A DNA stretch of 64,000 bases from Candidatus Thalassarchaeum sp. (GCA_022449345.1 JAKURL010000002.1:36302-100301); one strand, 5' to 3'; counted from the first letter of the stretch, positions 1-9,979 are shown. Notes: a model not told the origin generated them from the letters alone. Made by a program: numbers and translations.

Positions 1-24
1 GGAAGAGAGCAAATTCAACGCAGA

Positions 25-1287
25 TTGCCAGAGTTACGCACCACCAAGGTACTATTGCGAGAGCGTGGTGGAAATTTGTTGGAAGTTCGAGCCGATGAGG
101 CAGGCTCTCGCTTGGAGACAGGACTTACTTTACTACAGGTATTGATGCACGCTCAGCACGAAGGAGTCCTAAATTTCGGAGATATCCGCTTTGGTGCAAT
201 TGTTCGTGCTGATCCAGAAGAAACTCCAGCACCCGGCTCACTGAAGTTACTCTCGGGTGCTCACTCGACATACCACACCCGACCACCCGAAACTCGAACA
301 GTCCACGGAAGGGAGAGCGAGGTTGCAGCCCTCGACGAGTGGTTTTCCGGTGATGCTGCTATGGCGGTGATTTCTGGCATCGCAGGATGCGGTAAAACCA
401 CCCTTACCAGCCATTGGTTAGAACACGCTTTGGAGAGCAATCTTGACCTCGATGTGATGTATTATCCATGCCAGCCGTGGGATAGCAGTTTAGGTATTGC
501 AACAAGCCTTCTGCATCGGCTGAAAATAAGTTCAGAAGATAATGGTCAAGACCCCTACGGGGTCTTGGAGTCGCTTCCCTTGAAGCCAGGAGCACACTTC
601 GATCTGGATCAATATCGTCGTCGGCTAATCGCTCATCTAGTCGACGAAGAAGGTAGGCGAGGTGTACAAGAAGAAGATCTCCTAGTCATTTTGGATGACG
701 TTCACAACCTTGCATCAGACGGAGACCACTTGTTTGGTGTACTGCTTCAAGTAGCTGAGGCGACGAACATGCGTTTACTTCTCATATCCAGAACTAACTT
801 AGCCTTCTACGACCGTCGAGATGTTCACACCCGAGGAAGGGTAGTCGAACTGAGATTAACTGGCCTTTCAATTGAGGAAGTTGCAGAGTGGATCGCTTCA
901 ATCGACCTTCCTTCGGAAGCACCAGCGGAAGAAATTCACAGAGCCACAGGCGGTCACCCACTGGCTGTTGAACTACTGGAATTGTATGGGCAGACCCTTC
1001 ACGATGATTGGCTCAGATTCCTAGACGAGGAAATTCTAGACGTCCTACCCAAAGATCATCGCGAACTACTAGCTCTACTTGCTGTTGCCGACCGACCGAT
1101 TCCTTGGGAGAATTTGGCCTCAGCCGCGGGTTATGATGGAAAGCCACCAGAGGCTTTAGTTTCTCGTGGCCTTATGCTAGAACTCGATAGCGGAATGTGG
1201 CTACACGAGGCGCTACGCTCACGCTTGCTGCGGGAAGTAGGAGAGCCACTCGAAGAGCGCGCTCGAAAACTCAGAGAATCAGTCTGA
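25..1287 (+). CDS. P-loop NTPase of the archaeal-ATPase/AAA_16 (STAND-like) family; the reading frame is open to the window start, so the 5' end is uncertain
   Basis: Walker A GIAGCGKTTL preceded by a GRESE..L motif; Walker B ILDDVH; sensor-like LLISRTN; matches the Arch_ATPase layout. Confidence 0.6.
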   Translation: MPELRTTKVLLRERGGNLLEVRADEAGSRLETGLTLLQVLMHAQHEGVLNFGDIRFGAIVRADPEETPAPGSLKLLSGAHSTYHTRPPETRTVHGRESEVAALDEWFSGDAAMAVISGIAGCGKTTLTSHWLEHALESNLDLDVMYYPCQPWDSSLGIATSLLHRLKISSEDNGQDPYGVLESLPLKPGAHFDLDQYRRRLIAHLVDEEGRRGVQEEDLLVILDDVHNLASDGDHLFGVLLQVAEATNMRLLLISRTNLAFYDRRDVHTRGRVVELRLTGLSIEEVAEWIASIDLPSEAPAEEIHRATGGHPLAVELLELYGQTLHDDWLRFLDEEILDVLPKDHRELLALLAVADRPIPWENLASAAGYDGKPPEALVSRGLMLELDSGMWLHEALRSRLLREVGEPLEERARKLRESV

Positions 1288-1288
1288 A

Positions 1289-1606
1289 TTACGCCATATG
1301 GCGATCTAGCCATTGGTCAAACAGCGGCTTTGGCATTGCTCCAGCCTGTTGGTCTACCAACTGCCCATTGTGGAAAAGTAGCAGAGCAGGAATTCCACGA
1401 ATTCCGAACTTACCCGCTGAAAGCGGATTGATGTCAGTGTTGACTTTTGCAATCGTCATCTCTCGCTCGCCAGAGAGTTGTTCAAGCATGGGTGCAATCA
1501 TTTTGCAAGGTCCACACCAAGGAGCCCAAAAGTCAACAAGAACCCACTCATCACTCTGTGTTACCGCATCGAAATCGCCATCACTTGCCTCAATCAGCCT
1601 GCCCAT
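1289..1606 (-). CDS. trxA: thioredoxin
   Basis: WAPWCGPCKMIAP active-site motif, about 105 aa. Confidence 0.9.
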   Translation of the reverse strand: MGRLIEASDGDFDAVTQSDEWVLVDFWAPWCGPCKMIAPMLEQLSGEREMTIAKVNTDINPLSAGKFGIRGIPALLLFHNGQLVDQQAGAMPKPLFDQWLDRHMA

Positions 1607-1771
1607 TATGTCTCCCCATAGCGTCTGCCTCGTGGCGCTTTTATCAATGCTAGTATGGACCTTTGAGTAAGAACTGTTGAGAACCCTAGTCCATTCGCAT
1701 TAAGCGAGGGGAGCATCATCGAAATCACTCCGAGCATTCTGACGGCGGATTTTTCCCGACTCGGTGAGACT

Positions 1772-2398
1772 TTGGAAGAAGCTATCGATGCCGGAATAAA
1801 TTGGATACACATGGATGTCATGGATGGCAATTGGGTGGTCAACAAGACCATCACTTTCGGACCGGCATTGATTCGCTCGATACGGGATAGGCTTGGCCCG
1901 AATGTATTCATCGATTGTCATTTGATGATAACAAATGCAGAAGCAACTTCGTCGCAGTACGTTGATGCGGGAGTCGACCTAGTCATCGCTCACATAGAAG
2001 CAGTCGACGACCCAGCCGCGCTGATTTCCTCGCTTCATGCGGCTGGTTGTCAAGCCGGCCTAGTCCTAAACCCAGATACGTCGGCAGATACGATTCTACC
2101 TTATCTCGCAGACTTGGATCTAGTTCTAGTGATGTCGGTAGTTCCCGGAAAGGGCGGACAATCCTTCATACCAGAGGTGGAAGGTAAGGTGCGAGAATTC
2201 CGAGCCGCCATCGATCAGCAAATCAGTGATGGGGGAAGGGCAACTAAACTCATGATTGATGGTGGAATCAAACATCACAACGCTGCTATGGTATCTGAGT
2301 GGGGGATTGATGTGGCGGTCGTAGGAAGTGGCCTCATCAACGACAAAGCCAGCATCGCCGAGAATCTCGAGCAAATCAATTCGACCATCGGCCTTTGA
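1772..2398 (+). CDS. rpe: ribulose-phosphate 3-epimerase; the conserved N-terminus (IEITPSILTADFSRLGETL) lies in-frame upstream of the TTG at 1772, back to the stop at 1664-1666, with no ATG/GTG/TTG in between
   Basis: Rpe motifs PSILxADF, HxDVMDG, DxHLM, NPxT, VMSVxPGxGGQ and a C-terminal DGG; 208 aa from the TTG. Confidence 0.85.
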   Translation: MEEAIDAGINWIHMDVMDGNWVVNKTITFGPALIRSIRDRLGPNVFIDCHLMITNAEATSSQYVDAGVDLVIAHIEAVDDPAALISSLHAAGCQAGLVLNPDTSADTILPYLADLDLVLVMSVVPGKGGQSFIPEVEGKVREFRAAIDQQISDGGRATKLMIDGGIKHHNAAMVSEWGIDVAVVGSGLINDKASIAENLEQINSTIGL

Positions 2399-2446
2399 TT
2401 AATTCACGCGCGCGAGCATTCAAATCACAGCGGCCCGAGCAGGCGA

Positions 2447-2776
2447 TTGATGGTCACGGAGCAGTGGGTAGTCGAGGAAGTTCTGAAAGTAGTTCCAGAC
2501 GCTACCGTAGAAGCCAAGGACTTGCATGAAAGTGGTGATCACTTCCATGTTCGAGTAATCTCGGATACTTACGAGGGAGTTCGTCCATTACAGAGGCAAC
2601 GCCCAATTCTGAGCCACTTCAAGCCCTTCATTGCGCAAAATACAGTGCACGCACTAGACCTCAAATGCATGACACCTGAACAGGCTGAGCAGTTGGGCGA
2701 CACATCTTTCGACCCTCACGGGGAAAAAGAGATGCAATTCTTTGGAGTGCACATCCGCAGGCCGGATCAGGAGTGA
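2447..2776 (+). CDS. BolA-family protein
   Basis: About 100 aa; a GDHFHVRVISDTYEG...RQR..L...IHALDLKCMTPEQ pattern typical of BolA. Confidence 0.75.
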   Translation: MMVTEQWVVEEVLKVVPDATVEAKDLHESGDHFHVRVISDTYEGVRPLQRQRPILSHFKPFIAQNTVHALDLKCMTPEQAEQLGDTSFDPHGEKEMQFFGVHIRRPDQE

Positions 2777-2780
2777 TAGA

Positions 2781-3113
2781 ATGAGTTTTAATTGGACACC
2801 AGACGAACTAGAAGCCCTAGTCAATGAACACCGCATCGTTCTCTTCATGAAAGGGACACCGGATGAACCACGCTGTGGATTTAGCAATAGAGCCGCCATG
2901 GTATTGAATCAACTCGGAGAGCCTTTTGCGAGCGTTAATGTGCTCGCTGACAATCGAGCAATTCCATCTGTCTGCACTTGGGCAGACTTCCCTACCATGC
3001 CTCAAATATACGTCCATGGAGAACTCATTGGTGGATCCGATATCGCCCTCGAAATGTTTCAATCCGGCGAGCTTCAACAAATGATTGCCGATGGCGACTC
3101 AGCCTCTGAGTGA
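2781..3113 (+). CDS. grxD: monothiol glutaredoxin (Grx4/GrxD type, CGFS active site)
   Basis: PRCGFSNRAAMVLNQLG...IPQIYVHGELIGGSDI motif; starts at an internal ATG of the 2742 ORF. Confidence 0.85.
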   Translation: MSFNWTPDELEALVNEHRIVLFMKGTPDEPRCGFSNRAAMVLNQLGEPFASVNVLADNRAIPSVCTWADFPTMPQIYVHGELIGGSDIALEMFQSGELQQMIADGDSASE

Positions 3114-3122
3114 GGCGATAAT

Positions 3123-4046
3123 ATGGCGACGGTCGAGGACCGTCGCACGATGCTTATTGCCCTAGCAGGAGCGACGGTAATTTCCTTCGCTCCACTTCTG
3201 TATATTCGCTCCGACACCACTCCATTAACCGGAGCATTCTATCGAATGTTGTACGCTCTTCCTTTGCTGGGGCTGTTGGTTTGGACATCCAAAAAGGAAG
3301 ATCCTCGCAATTCCAATTCCCGCTGGCTTGCCTTTGGCGCAGGAGTTCTCCTCGCCATCGATTTCGTAGGCTATCACAGCGCTATCGACTACATCGGAAG
3401 CGGTATTGCAACGATGATTGGTAATTCTCAGGTCATCATCGTAACTTTGGTCAGTTGGTGGCTACTAGGAGAGCGACCAAATCGATTCATCCTCCTATCC
3501 TTACCCTTAGTTATGTTTGGATTAATACTGATTTCTGGAATATGGGACGATGCCCCCTATGGTGAAGATCCAGTCAAGGGAGTAATTGGAGGCATGGTTG
3601 CTGCAGTCTTCTACTCCTCATTCTTGATTGTTTATCGACAATCGAATAGGATAGGTGGGCCAGCGGTCAATGCGCAATTTGATGCGACCACTGGAGCAAC
3701 ACTCGGGATACTGATTCTAGGCTCTATGCCACTTACTTCAGTCGGTATCGAGGCCATCGATCATTCGATTACTTGGCCAAACCATGGTTGGTTGATTCTA
3801 TTGGCTCTTTCTTGCCAAGTAATCGGTTGGATTGCGATAACTTACGCGCTTCCTAGGCTTCCAGCAGCTCACACCTCTTTCGCAGTGCTATTACAACCGG
3901 TATTGACTATCATTTGGGGAGTCATTTTACTCAATGAATCCCCCTCCTTGCAGCAATCTGCAGGGATGGCTCTAATCTTCGCTGCTATCATCGCAGTCAC
4001 CTTGTTTGGAGCAACCGAAGACGCGATAATTCAAACGGATAATTGA
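3123..4046 (+). CDS. EamA/DMT-superfamily transporter (10-TM permease)
   Basis: Two hydrophobic halves of 4-5 TM each; EamA-like glycine-rich segments. Confidence 0.65.
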   Translation: MATVEDRRTMLIALAGATVISFAPLLYIRSDTTPLTGAFYRMLYALPLLGLLVWTSKKEDPRNSNSRWLAFGAGVLLAIDFVGYHSAIDYIGSGIATMIGNSQVIIVTLVSWWLLGERPNRFILLSLPLVMFGLILISGIWDDAPYGEDPVKGVIGGMVAAVFYSSFLIVYRQSNRIGGPAVNAQFDATTGATLGILILGSMPLTSVGIEAIDHSITWPNHGWLILLALSCQVIGWIAITYALPRLPAAHTSFAVLLQPVLTIIWGVILLNESPSLQQSAGMALIFAAIIAVTLFGATEDAIIQTDN

Positions 4047-4297
4047 GTCGCCAGAAACCTTGGCCAAAGCCTTCGCGTGGCCTGAAAAGGTGTACAGGGC
4101 GAGAGACACAAGCGAGGGGATGGGATGCACTCAGCGAGAACCTCAACGGCCCCGTACGGCGAGGTTTTGGGGCAGACGATAGATAATCGTTGTGTGGAAT
4201 AGACCTCTATAACTCAAGAACGCTACACTGAGCCTTAGTTTAATGAAATAATCAATATATTTCAATTCGAAGGAAAAAATCTCTAGAATTAACAAAA

Positions 4298-5311
4298 TCA
4301 CTCGACTGTGAGAACCTCAGGTCCACCTTCGGTAATCCAGACCGTATGTTCGAATTGACCGATTAAACCACGATCCTGGCAGCGCAAAGCTGCGTATGTC
4401 TCGAGGAATCTGATGGAGATTAGTTTCTTCACCAGGGCATTCCATTTCTTTCTCAGAGTTTCTTCATCTTCACCGGGGAATGGCTTCTCTAGCAGAGGGT
4501 AAGCCCACCTCTCCGCAAAGGGTAGAGTGTGGTAGCGCTCTTCGATGTACCGCGCCATTGTCGCACCTATTGGTTTGAGTTTGTTCTTTGCCATTGCTTT
4601 GCGGATTGTTATGTCTCCAGTAACTCGGTAGATATTGCTGGAGTTTGCGGGAGGGATATTCTCTATCATACCGGACTTTCCTGTTGTGTTAAACGGCTCA
4701 ACCGCGTATATCGACCCTAATTCAACCCCGCCTTTGAACCCAGGATTGTCGGCACCGCAGGCATGGGCAGGAATCGAAGTGCCTGCGTGTAGATTCCAGC
4801 GGGTTAATTCGTGTCCACAGAGGTTGCGAATAGGCTCGAAGCCAGCGTCTTTGTGAACCTGTTCTGAGGCGGCACCGACCTCATGCCACGGAGTTTCAGG
4901 ATGCATCTTCTCAATCGATGCATCTCTTGCTTCCTTTGCCGCCTTGATTTGCTCGGTGTGATTGCCACCATTGCCGACTTCAATAGTCATGGCGTTATCT
5001 GAGATGGCTCCCGCTACATGCACTCCAACATCGAGCTTTACCAAATCACCATTCTGGAAGGTCATTTCTCCTTCCCATCCTTCTGGGGCAGTCAGTCGAT
5101 GGTCACTGGTGTAGTGTGCCGCGATATCGTTGACAGAAATCGTCACTGGGAAAGCCGGAGTTCCTCCGTGCCGTCGAATGAATCTCTCAGCCGAGTCGAT
5201 GACTTCGTCCCAAGTTTTTCCTGCGACTATCTCGCCTTTGATTCCTTCAAGGGTTCGTCGAGCTACATGTCCGGCGTCTCGCCACTGCTTGAGATCTGAT
5301 TCTTCCACCAT
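4298..5311 (-). CDS. map: methionine aminopeptidase, type 2 (archaeal/eukaryotic)
   Basis: Pita-bread fold motifs (AFPVTISVNDIAAHYT, metal ligands D..D..H..E..E); about 300 aa; the N-terminus resembles archaeal MetAP. Confidence 0.9.
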   Translation of the reverse strand: MVEESDLKQWRDAGHVARRTLEGIKGEIVAGKTWDEVIDSAERFIRRHGGTPAFPVTISVNDIAAHYTSDHRLTAPEGWEGEMTFQNGDLVKLDVGVHVAGAISDNAMTIEVGNGGNHTEQIKAAKEARDASIEKMHPETPWHEVGAASEQVHKDAGFEPIRNLCGHELTRWNLHAGTSIPAHACGADNPGFKGGVELGSIYAVEPFNTTGKSGMIENIPPANSSNIYRVTGDITIRKAMAKNKLKPIGATMARYIEERYHTLPFAERWAYPLLEKPFPGEDEETLRKKWNALVKKLISIRFLETYAALRCQDRGLIGQFEHTVWITEGGPEVLTVE

Positions 5312-5931
5312 AACAGAACCTCCTCAGCCGGTATAATCCCCTCTCTCAGCACCTCTATGCTCGCGCTATCGGATGCATCACAGACCGAATACCACGCTAT
5401 CAAAGTACTGGGTGAGCCACCGGGCGTATCTCCAGCCACCAAACCGACATTGTGACCTGCCTTTTCTAACGCCGTAACGGCATCGAGGCAGGTGGTTTTC
5501 GGAGGTGTTCCACTGGTGTTTGCAGAGGTTGCGGTAAGTGGTCCGGTGGCTTTCAGTAGGGCTTTTGCGGTAGTATGAGCGACGACTCGAATAGCGATTT
5601 TATCCGAGCCGAGTCGACCATCAAGATTTTCCTTAGCTGGAAGTACCAAAGTCAGAGAACCCTCTGGAAATGAGGAAAGAAGGTCAGGAATATCATCTGT
5701 TAACTCGACCAAGGTGGAAGCCTGCTCTAAATCGGCCACACCGATACTTACCGGCATATGCGATGGCCTTTTTTTGATTTCATACAAATCATCGAGGGCG
5801 GCGGGTGTAGGTAAACAACCTAGGGCTGGTTGGGTTGAGGTAGGATAGACAATACAACCACCGGAAGCAACAATCGAGAGAGCCTCCGGAGAAATATCCT
5901 CTGAGTTTGATTCTGCTGAATCAGTAGACAA
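5263..5931 (-). CDS. L-threonylcarbamoyladenylate synthase (Sua5/YrdC/TsaC family)
   Basis: YrdC-domain motifs (IYPTSTQPALG, KKRPSHMPVSIGV, ATSANTSG). Confidence 0.85.
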   Translation of the reverse strand: MSTDSAESNSEDISPEALSIVASGGCIVYPTSTQPALGCLPTPAALDDLYEIKKRPSHMPVSIGVADLEQASTLVELTDDIPDLLSSFPEGSLTLVLPAKENLDGRLGSDKIAIRVVAHTTAKALLKATGPLTATSANTSGTPPKTTCLDAVTALEKAGHNVGLVAGDTPGGSPSTLIAWYSVCDASDSASIEVLREGIIPAEEVLLWWKNQISSSGETPDM

Positions 5932-5943
5932 CCTTTGACCTCC

Positions 5944-6552
5944 TCATTTGATGTGTTTCCTATTTGCAGGAGGAAGTGAATCAGCGTGTGCTACAATCGA
6001 ACCAACGTGTAGGTCGATATTCGATTGGTGTGTGTGTCTTTGTGAAATGCGACTCAATTCTCGAACTCCTTGCACGATATTGAGTATTGGAATCAAGAAT
6101 ACTAACTTCCGCAAAGCGCGTTGATCCCACATCTGACTTGTCATTGCTGAACCGTCTTCTGCAAGAACAGCGATTCCAAACATTCTCTGACCGAGAGAAC
6201 GAGAATATCGTAGTCCTGTCAATCGCCAATACAGCCAGTGGCTGACGAGAATTAATCCGGCCATTGCAAGTGCGTAGTGAAAGTTTGTTGAATTCCAAAG
6301 AGTCAGATTCCAAGCATCGATAATTTGACCCCTGCTAGCCACCATCAGAATGGTTGTTACAATAACAACATCCACGCTCAATGCAGCGATTCTACGAATT
6401 CCAGAAGCGAGAACTGTGCCTTCCGGAACGGGCCAATGACCACCTTCTTCTGCGGTGAGAATCTGCTTTGCAAGAGTTCCTCCACCTTGCAGAGAAATCG
6501 GCGAGTCGTGGTCAGCCATGGGTATCCTCAAGCCATTCCGAGAATGTGCCAC
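5944..6552 (-). CDS. RDD-family membrane protein
   Basis: RRIAALSVDVVIV... followed by 2-3 TM helices; about 200 aa. Confidence 0.5.
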   Translation of the reverse strand: MAHSRNGLRIPMADHDSPISLQGGGTLAKQILTAEEGGHWPVPEGTVLASGIRRIAALSVDVVIVTTILMVASRGQIIDAWNLTLWNSTNFHYALAMAGLILVSHWLYWRLTGLRYSRSLGQRMFGIAVLAEDGSAMTSQMWDQRALRKLVFLIPILNIVQGVRELSRISQRHTHQSNIDLHVGSIVAHADSLPPANRKHIK

Positions 6553-8489
6553 GCCTCAAGGTTGCGACTCCGTATGTATTCCAGCCAAGCCCCCCAAGTC
6601 TCGTCGTTACGTAGAGTGTCTGGGTCTCCTATTACGATGAGGCCACGCCTCGCACGGGTTAGGGCGACATTTAGGCGACGAGGATCTGCGAGGAAGCCGA
6701 CGTTACCATCAGCATTCGAGCGAACACAAGAGAAGATGATGACATCTTTCTCCCTACCTTGGTAACCATCCACTGTATGTACCTCAACGGCATCATTTCG
6801 CTCAGGTATCGCGTCTCGAATCGCTCTGACCTGACCCGCGTATGGTGTGATTATTCCGATATCGTCTTGCTGCAGGTCTCCGGCTTCAAGCAGGCTTTCG
6901 AGAATTCTAGCTACCCAACCCGCTTCAGACGGGTTTTCCTTTGATGCTCCGTCGGGTGAAAGAACCTCATCTCCATTCACAGGCAGGAAGGCGATTGGAA
7001 CTTCCCAATTATTCCAGAGTAGTCCAGCAGGGTTGGGTCGGTCGGCTGCATCTATGCCATCGACTAGTAGACCGTTGTAGAAGGTCTGATTGGGAAATTC
7101 TGAGATCGCAGGATGCATTCTATACTGTGTGTCAAGCAACATTGGCTCGATTCCCATGGCGACCATCCTTTCGAATAGAGAGCGCCGCAATCCATCGTTT
7201 TCCGCCCGTTGACTAATGACGGTGGGAGGTAATTGACGGTGGTCGCCAACCAAGACAATTTGTCTAGCTCCCCGTACCAGTGGAACGAGGCTTGCCGGCT
7301 CGGTTGCTTGGGTCGCCTCATCGAGTAATACACGAGTGAATTTCCTTCCATCTAGAAGTCGGTGTCCTACTCCGATGCAAGTGCAGCAGAGGACCTGCGC
7401 ACGATCCAAAATATCGTCGCGCATTTGGCGTTCAATGCGTCTAACTTCCTTCCAACCTCGATTCAAATCTCGGTGGGCCAGTCCCTTTTCCTTACCCTTC
7501 ATTCCCGGAATGCGCCGTGCTAACTTTTCATTCAGTTCGAGATGTTCCTCAAGGTCACGGCGCAGAGGGTGGCTTTCCATCTGAGCATCTACCGTGGCTT
7601 GGCGCAGTGACTCCCTCACCTTGACTGGTTGGCCCAGTCGAACAGCCCTCACTCCAAGCCCAAGGAGCCCCTCAAGGAGATTGTCTACCGCTACGTTGGA
7701 GTCGGCCACAGCGAGTATATTTCCTATATCTTGACTCGACCACGATTGTAGGATACGAACCGCGGTGTGGGTTTTGCCAGTTCCAGGTGGGCCTTGAATT
7801 AGAGTTAGTCGCTGTGCAATAGCGGCCTCACAGGCTTGTTTTTGTGACTCATTGAGGCCTTCTGGTTGGCTAGCAGGCCGTCGATTTGCTCCACCCAACT
7901 CAGGCCCCAATCCAGCCGTTCCAACAGGATCGTGAACCAATCCTAGCAGCAAATCCCGCAGTGGTGCTCCTCCTTCCTCTTCGAAAATAGAATTCAATGC
8001 GTCCCGCATTCGATCGAAGGCCACCTTATTTGCAGCTCTATCTATTCGCCAAAATCCGCTGCGAAGACCGCTAGGTAATTCCGGAAGCACGATTCGAATA
8101 CGGTTGCGAGTTCGGTCAGAAACGATGGCTTCTATCGGTTTCTCACCAATCGGATCTCCCCTACTCAGCATGACTATGTCGCCCTGACGAAATCGGTGCT
8201 GACCCATATCGGCCCGACCGTTTAATTCCAGTTTGACAATCCTCTGACCGAATAACCATCCATCCGGTCTTGCCTTTAGGTCAAAAAGGGCCAAACCATG
8301 AGCAGCTAACTTCGCACGCGACCAATTGCGTAATCTCTCGTCGGTCGCTCGCAATTCGTCGTCCAATTCCCATTGAATTAACTGTAGATACGCCTCATGG
8401 TGATCTTGGCTACGAGTAAACCTCGCAGGAAGCGCCCCATCAGAGTCCACAACTAGCCTGTGCGGGTGGCGACACATCAGATTTCGCAA
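6528..8489 (-). CDS. superfamily-1 helicase, UPF1/IGHMBP2-like (AAA_11/AAA_12)
   Basis: Motifs GPPGTGKT, DEATQ, VLVGDHRQLPP, YRMHPAISEFPNQTFY, DGYQGREKDVII and ALTRAR; an N-terminal beta-barrel-like region as in IGHMBP2. Confidence 0.85.
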   Translation of the reverse strand: MRNLMCRHPHRLVVDSDGALPARFTRSQDHHEAYLQLIQWELDDELRATDERLRNWSRAKLAAHGLALFDLKARPDGWLFGQRIVKLELNGRADMGQHRFRQGDIVMLSRGDPIGEKPIEAIVSDRTRNRIRIVLPELPSGLRSGFWRIDRAANKVAFDRMRDALNSIFEEEGGAPLRDLLLGLVHDPVGTAGLGPELGGANRRPASQPEGLNESQKQACEAAIAQRLTLIQGPPGTGKTHTAVRILQSWSSQDIGNILAVADSNVAVDNLLEGLLGLGVRAVRLGQPVKVRESLRQATVDAQMESHPLRRDLEEHLELNEKLARRIPGMKGKEKGLAHRDLNRGWKEVRRIERQMRDDILDRAQVLCCTCIGVGHRLLDGRKFTRVLLDEATQATEPASLVPLVRGARQIVLVGDHRQLPPTVISQRAENDGLRRSLFERMVAMGIEPMLLDTQYRMHPAISEFPNQTFYNGLLVDGIDAADRPNPAGLLWNNWEVPIAFLPVNGDEVLSPDGASKENPSEAGWVARILESLLEAGDLQQDDIGIITPYAGQVRAIRDAIPERNDAVEVHTVDGYQGREKDVIIFSCVRSNADGNVGFLADPRRLNVALTRARRGLIVIGDPDTLRNDETWGAWLEYIRSRNLEAWHILGMA

Positions 8490-8586
8490 ACCTTGGAATC
8501 TGATTGGGTGAAGGATGTAGTTTCCAACAGCACGTGAGGGTTATACGCGGAACGCGGCCGAACGGGCTCGTATTTGGGGGCTTGAG

Positions 8587-9933
8587 ATGGTATTTGACAA
8601 GTTCAAGAGTTGGCGAAAGGCTTCGGCAGGCCCAACCGTTGAGTGTCCACTTTGCCAGACCCAGAATCCCGAAGATGCCACTGAATGTTCTCAATGTATG
8701 TACCAATTAGGTAAGGCAGCATTCGAGCAAGTAGCCTCTGTTGACGAGAAAGAAGCGGGTAGTCTGTTCGATGAACTGCTCGCTGATTTTGAGGAGGATG
8801 AAGAAGATCAGGTCATCGATTGGTCAAAGGGCACCTTCACTATGGACGATGTCACAATCGATGTCGAACAGTATGGTGATGGTGATGCAATCAAACTAAG
8901 CGACAATCCTACTTTTGCAATGACTGTCGACAATCCAAACCCAGTTGAAAAAGATGATGAGAAGGATTACGAGTTGACCTCCGCCGACGCGCCTAAATTC
9001 GTAACTAAGTTTGAAGTTCCAGAAACAGAATTGAAACCATTGGAAGAGGTCAAATCTCAGAAAATTGAGTTGGTACAGCCGACGGCAACCGCTCCGAAGA
9101 CTGTAGCCGTTGTTGCTACCGATCAGATATCCGATAGCAACGGCGATGTTCTGGTCAAAGAGAAGGTATCAGAAACTCATCCGGAAGAAACCAAGCAGAC
9201 CGTTGAACAGGAAGAAACTCCTGAACCGGAAGAGCAAGTCGAAGAGATTAGCGAGGAGGAATCTTTGCTCGCACTGAAGAAGGTGGAATTGGTCGAAATA
9301 GCTTCAGAAAAGGACCTACCAATCTCCGGCACCAAAGCGGAAATAGTCTCTCGAATATTAGAAAACGATTCAGCAACTGAGGAAGAGGCAGCTCCTGAAC
9401 CAGAACCGACTCCACCTCCACCGATTGCTGTACCTTCAACACCCGCCGGTTTGCCAGTTCCCCCCCCAGTCTCAGCCAGACCAGTCGATCCAATGGACGC
9501 TGCATTCGATGGCGAGTCTCCAGAAATTCCACTCGCCGATGCAAAATCGGTAATGGACATGCCAACTCCACCGAAGATTCCTAAGATACCCAAGTTACCT
9601 CATATTAAGGAGGCCAATTCTGCTAAAGAAGACTCACATAGCAACGGATTTTGGCCTTGGCCTCAGCAAGAAGAATGGTCAAACCGAGATGTTGCAATGA
9701 AAATCAAGGAGGCCATGGAAGCGGCAAAGAGTCAAAATATGGCACAAAGCACAGTCTTGCTAGACGAGGTAGGACCTCATCTTGGGGATCGTACCAAACT
9801 GCTCTATCCAGTAGGCGCTTTACTGCAGAGAATTGGTAGGCCTTCGGCCGTGGATAGGATGCTTGAAGCGGCTATCCAAAGTGCCCCAGATGACTCTCAT
9901 GTGCAGACTGCAAAGGCCAAGTTGAGACCCTGA
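8587..9933 (+). CDS. acidic hypothetical protein: N-terminal C4 zinc ribbon, SAP-like motif, Pro-rich linker, helical C-terminus
   Basis: CPLCQT...CSQC ribbon; LLALKKVELVEIASEKDLPISGTKAEIVSRIL matches the SAP consensus; PEPEPTPPPP tract. Confidence 0.5.
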   Translation: MVFDKFKSWRKASAGPTVECPLCQTQNPEDATECSQCMYQLGKAAFEQVASVDEKEAGSLFDELLADFEEDEEDQVIDWSKGTFTMDDVTIDVEQYGDGDAIKLSDNPTFAMTVDNPNPVEKDDEKDYELTSADAPKFVTKFEVPETELKPLEEVKSQKIELVQPTATAPKTVAVVATDQISDSNGDVLVKEKVSETHPEETKQTVEQEETPEPEEQVEEISEEESLLALKKVELVEIASEKDLPISGTKAEIVSRILENDSATEEEAAPEPEPTPPPPIAVPSTPAGLPVPPPVSARPVDPMDAAFDGESPEIPLADAKSVMDMPTPPKIPKIPKLPHIKEANSAKEDSHSNGFWPWPQQEEWSNRDVAMKIKEAMEAAKSQNMAQSTVLLDEVGPHLGDRTKLLYPVGALLQRIGRPSAVDRMLEAAIQSAPDDSHVQTAKAKLRP

Positions 9934-9979
9934 TTCACTGCGCCGCAGTCCTCATTCGTCATTACCTTGAGGCAATAAC

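Noticed and set aside
4047-4297. 250-nt convergent intergenic gap as a possible ncRNA locus
   Set aside because: I found no convincing conserved structure or motif, only a weak GC hairpin. No call made.
5263-5311. 49-nt overlap between the map start and the Sua5-family stop as a possible fused or frameshifted gene
   Set aside because: The two genes are in different frames, each with a complete conserved domain. It is probably a genuine short overlap or a slightly downstream map start.
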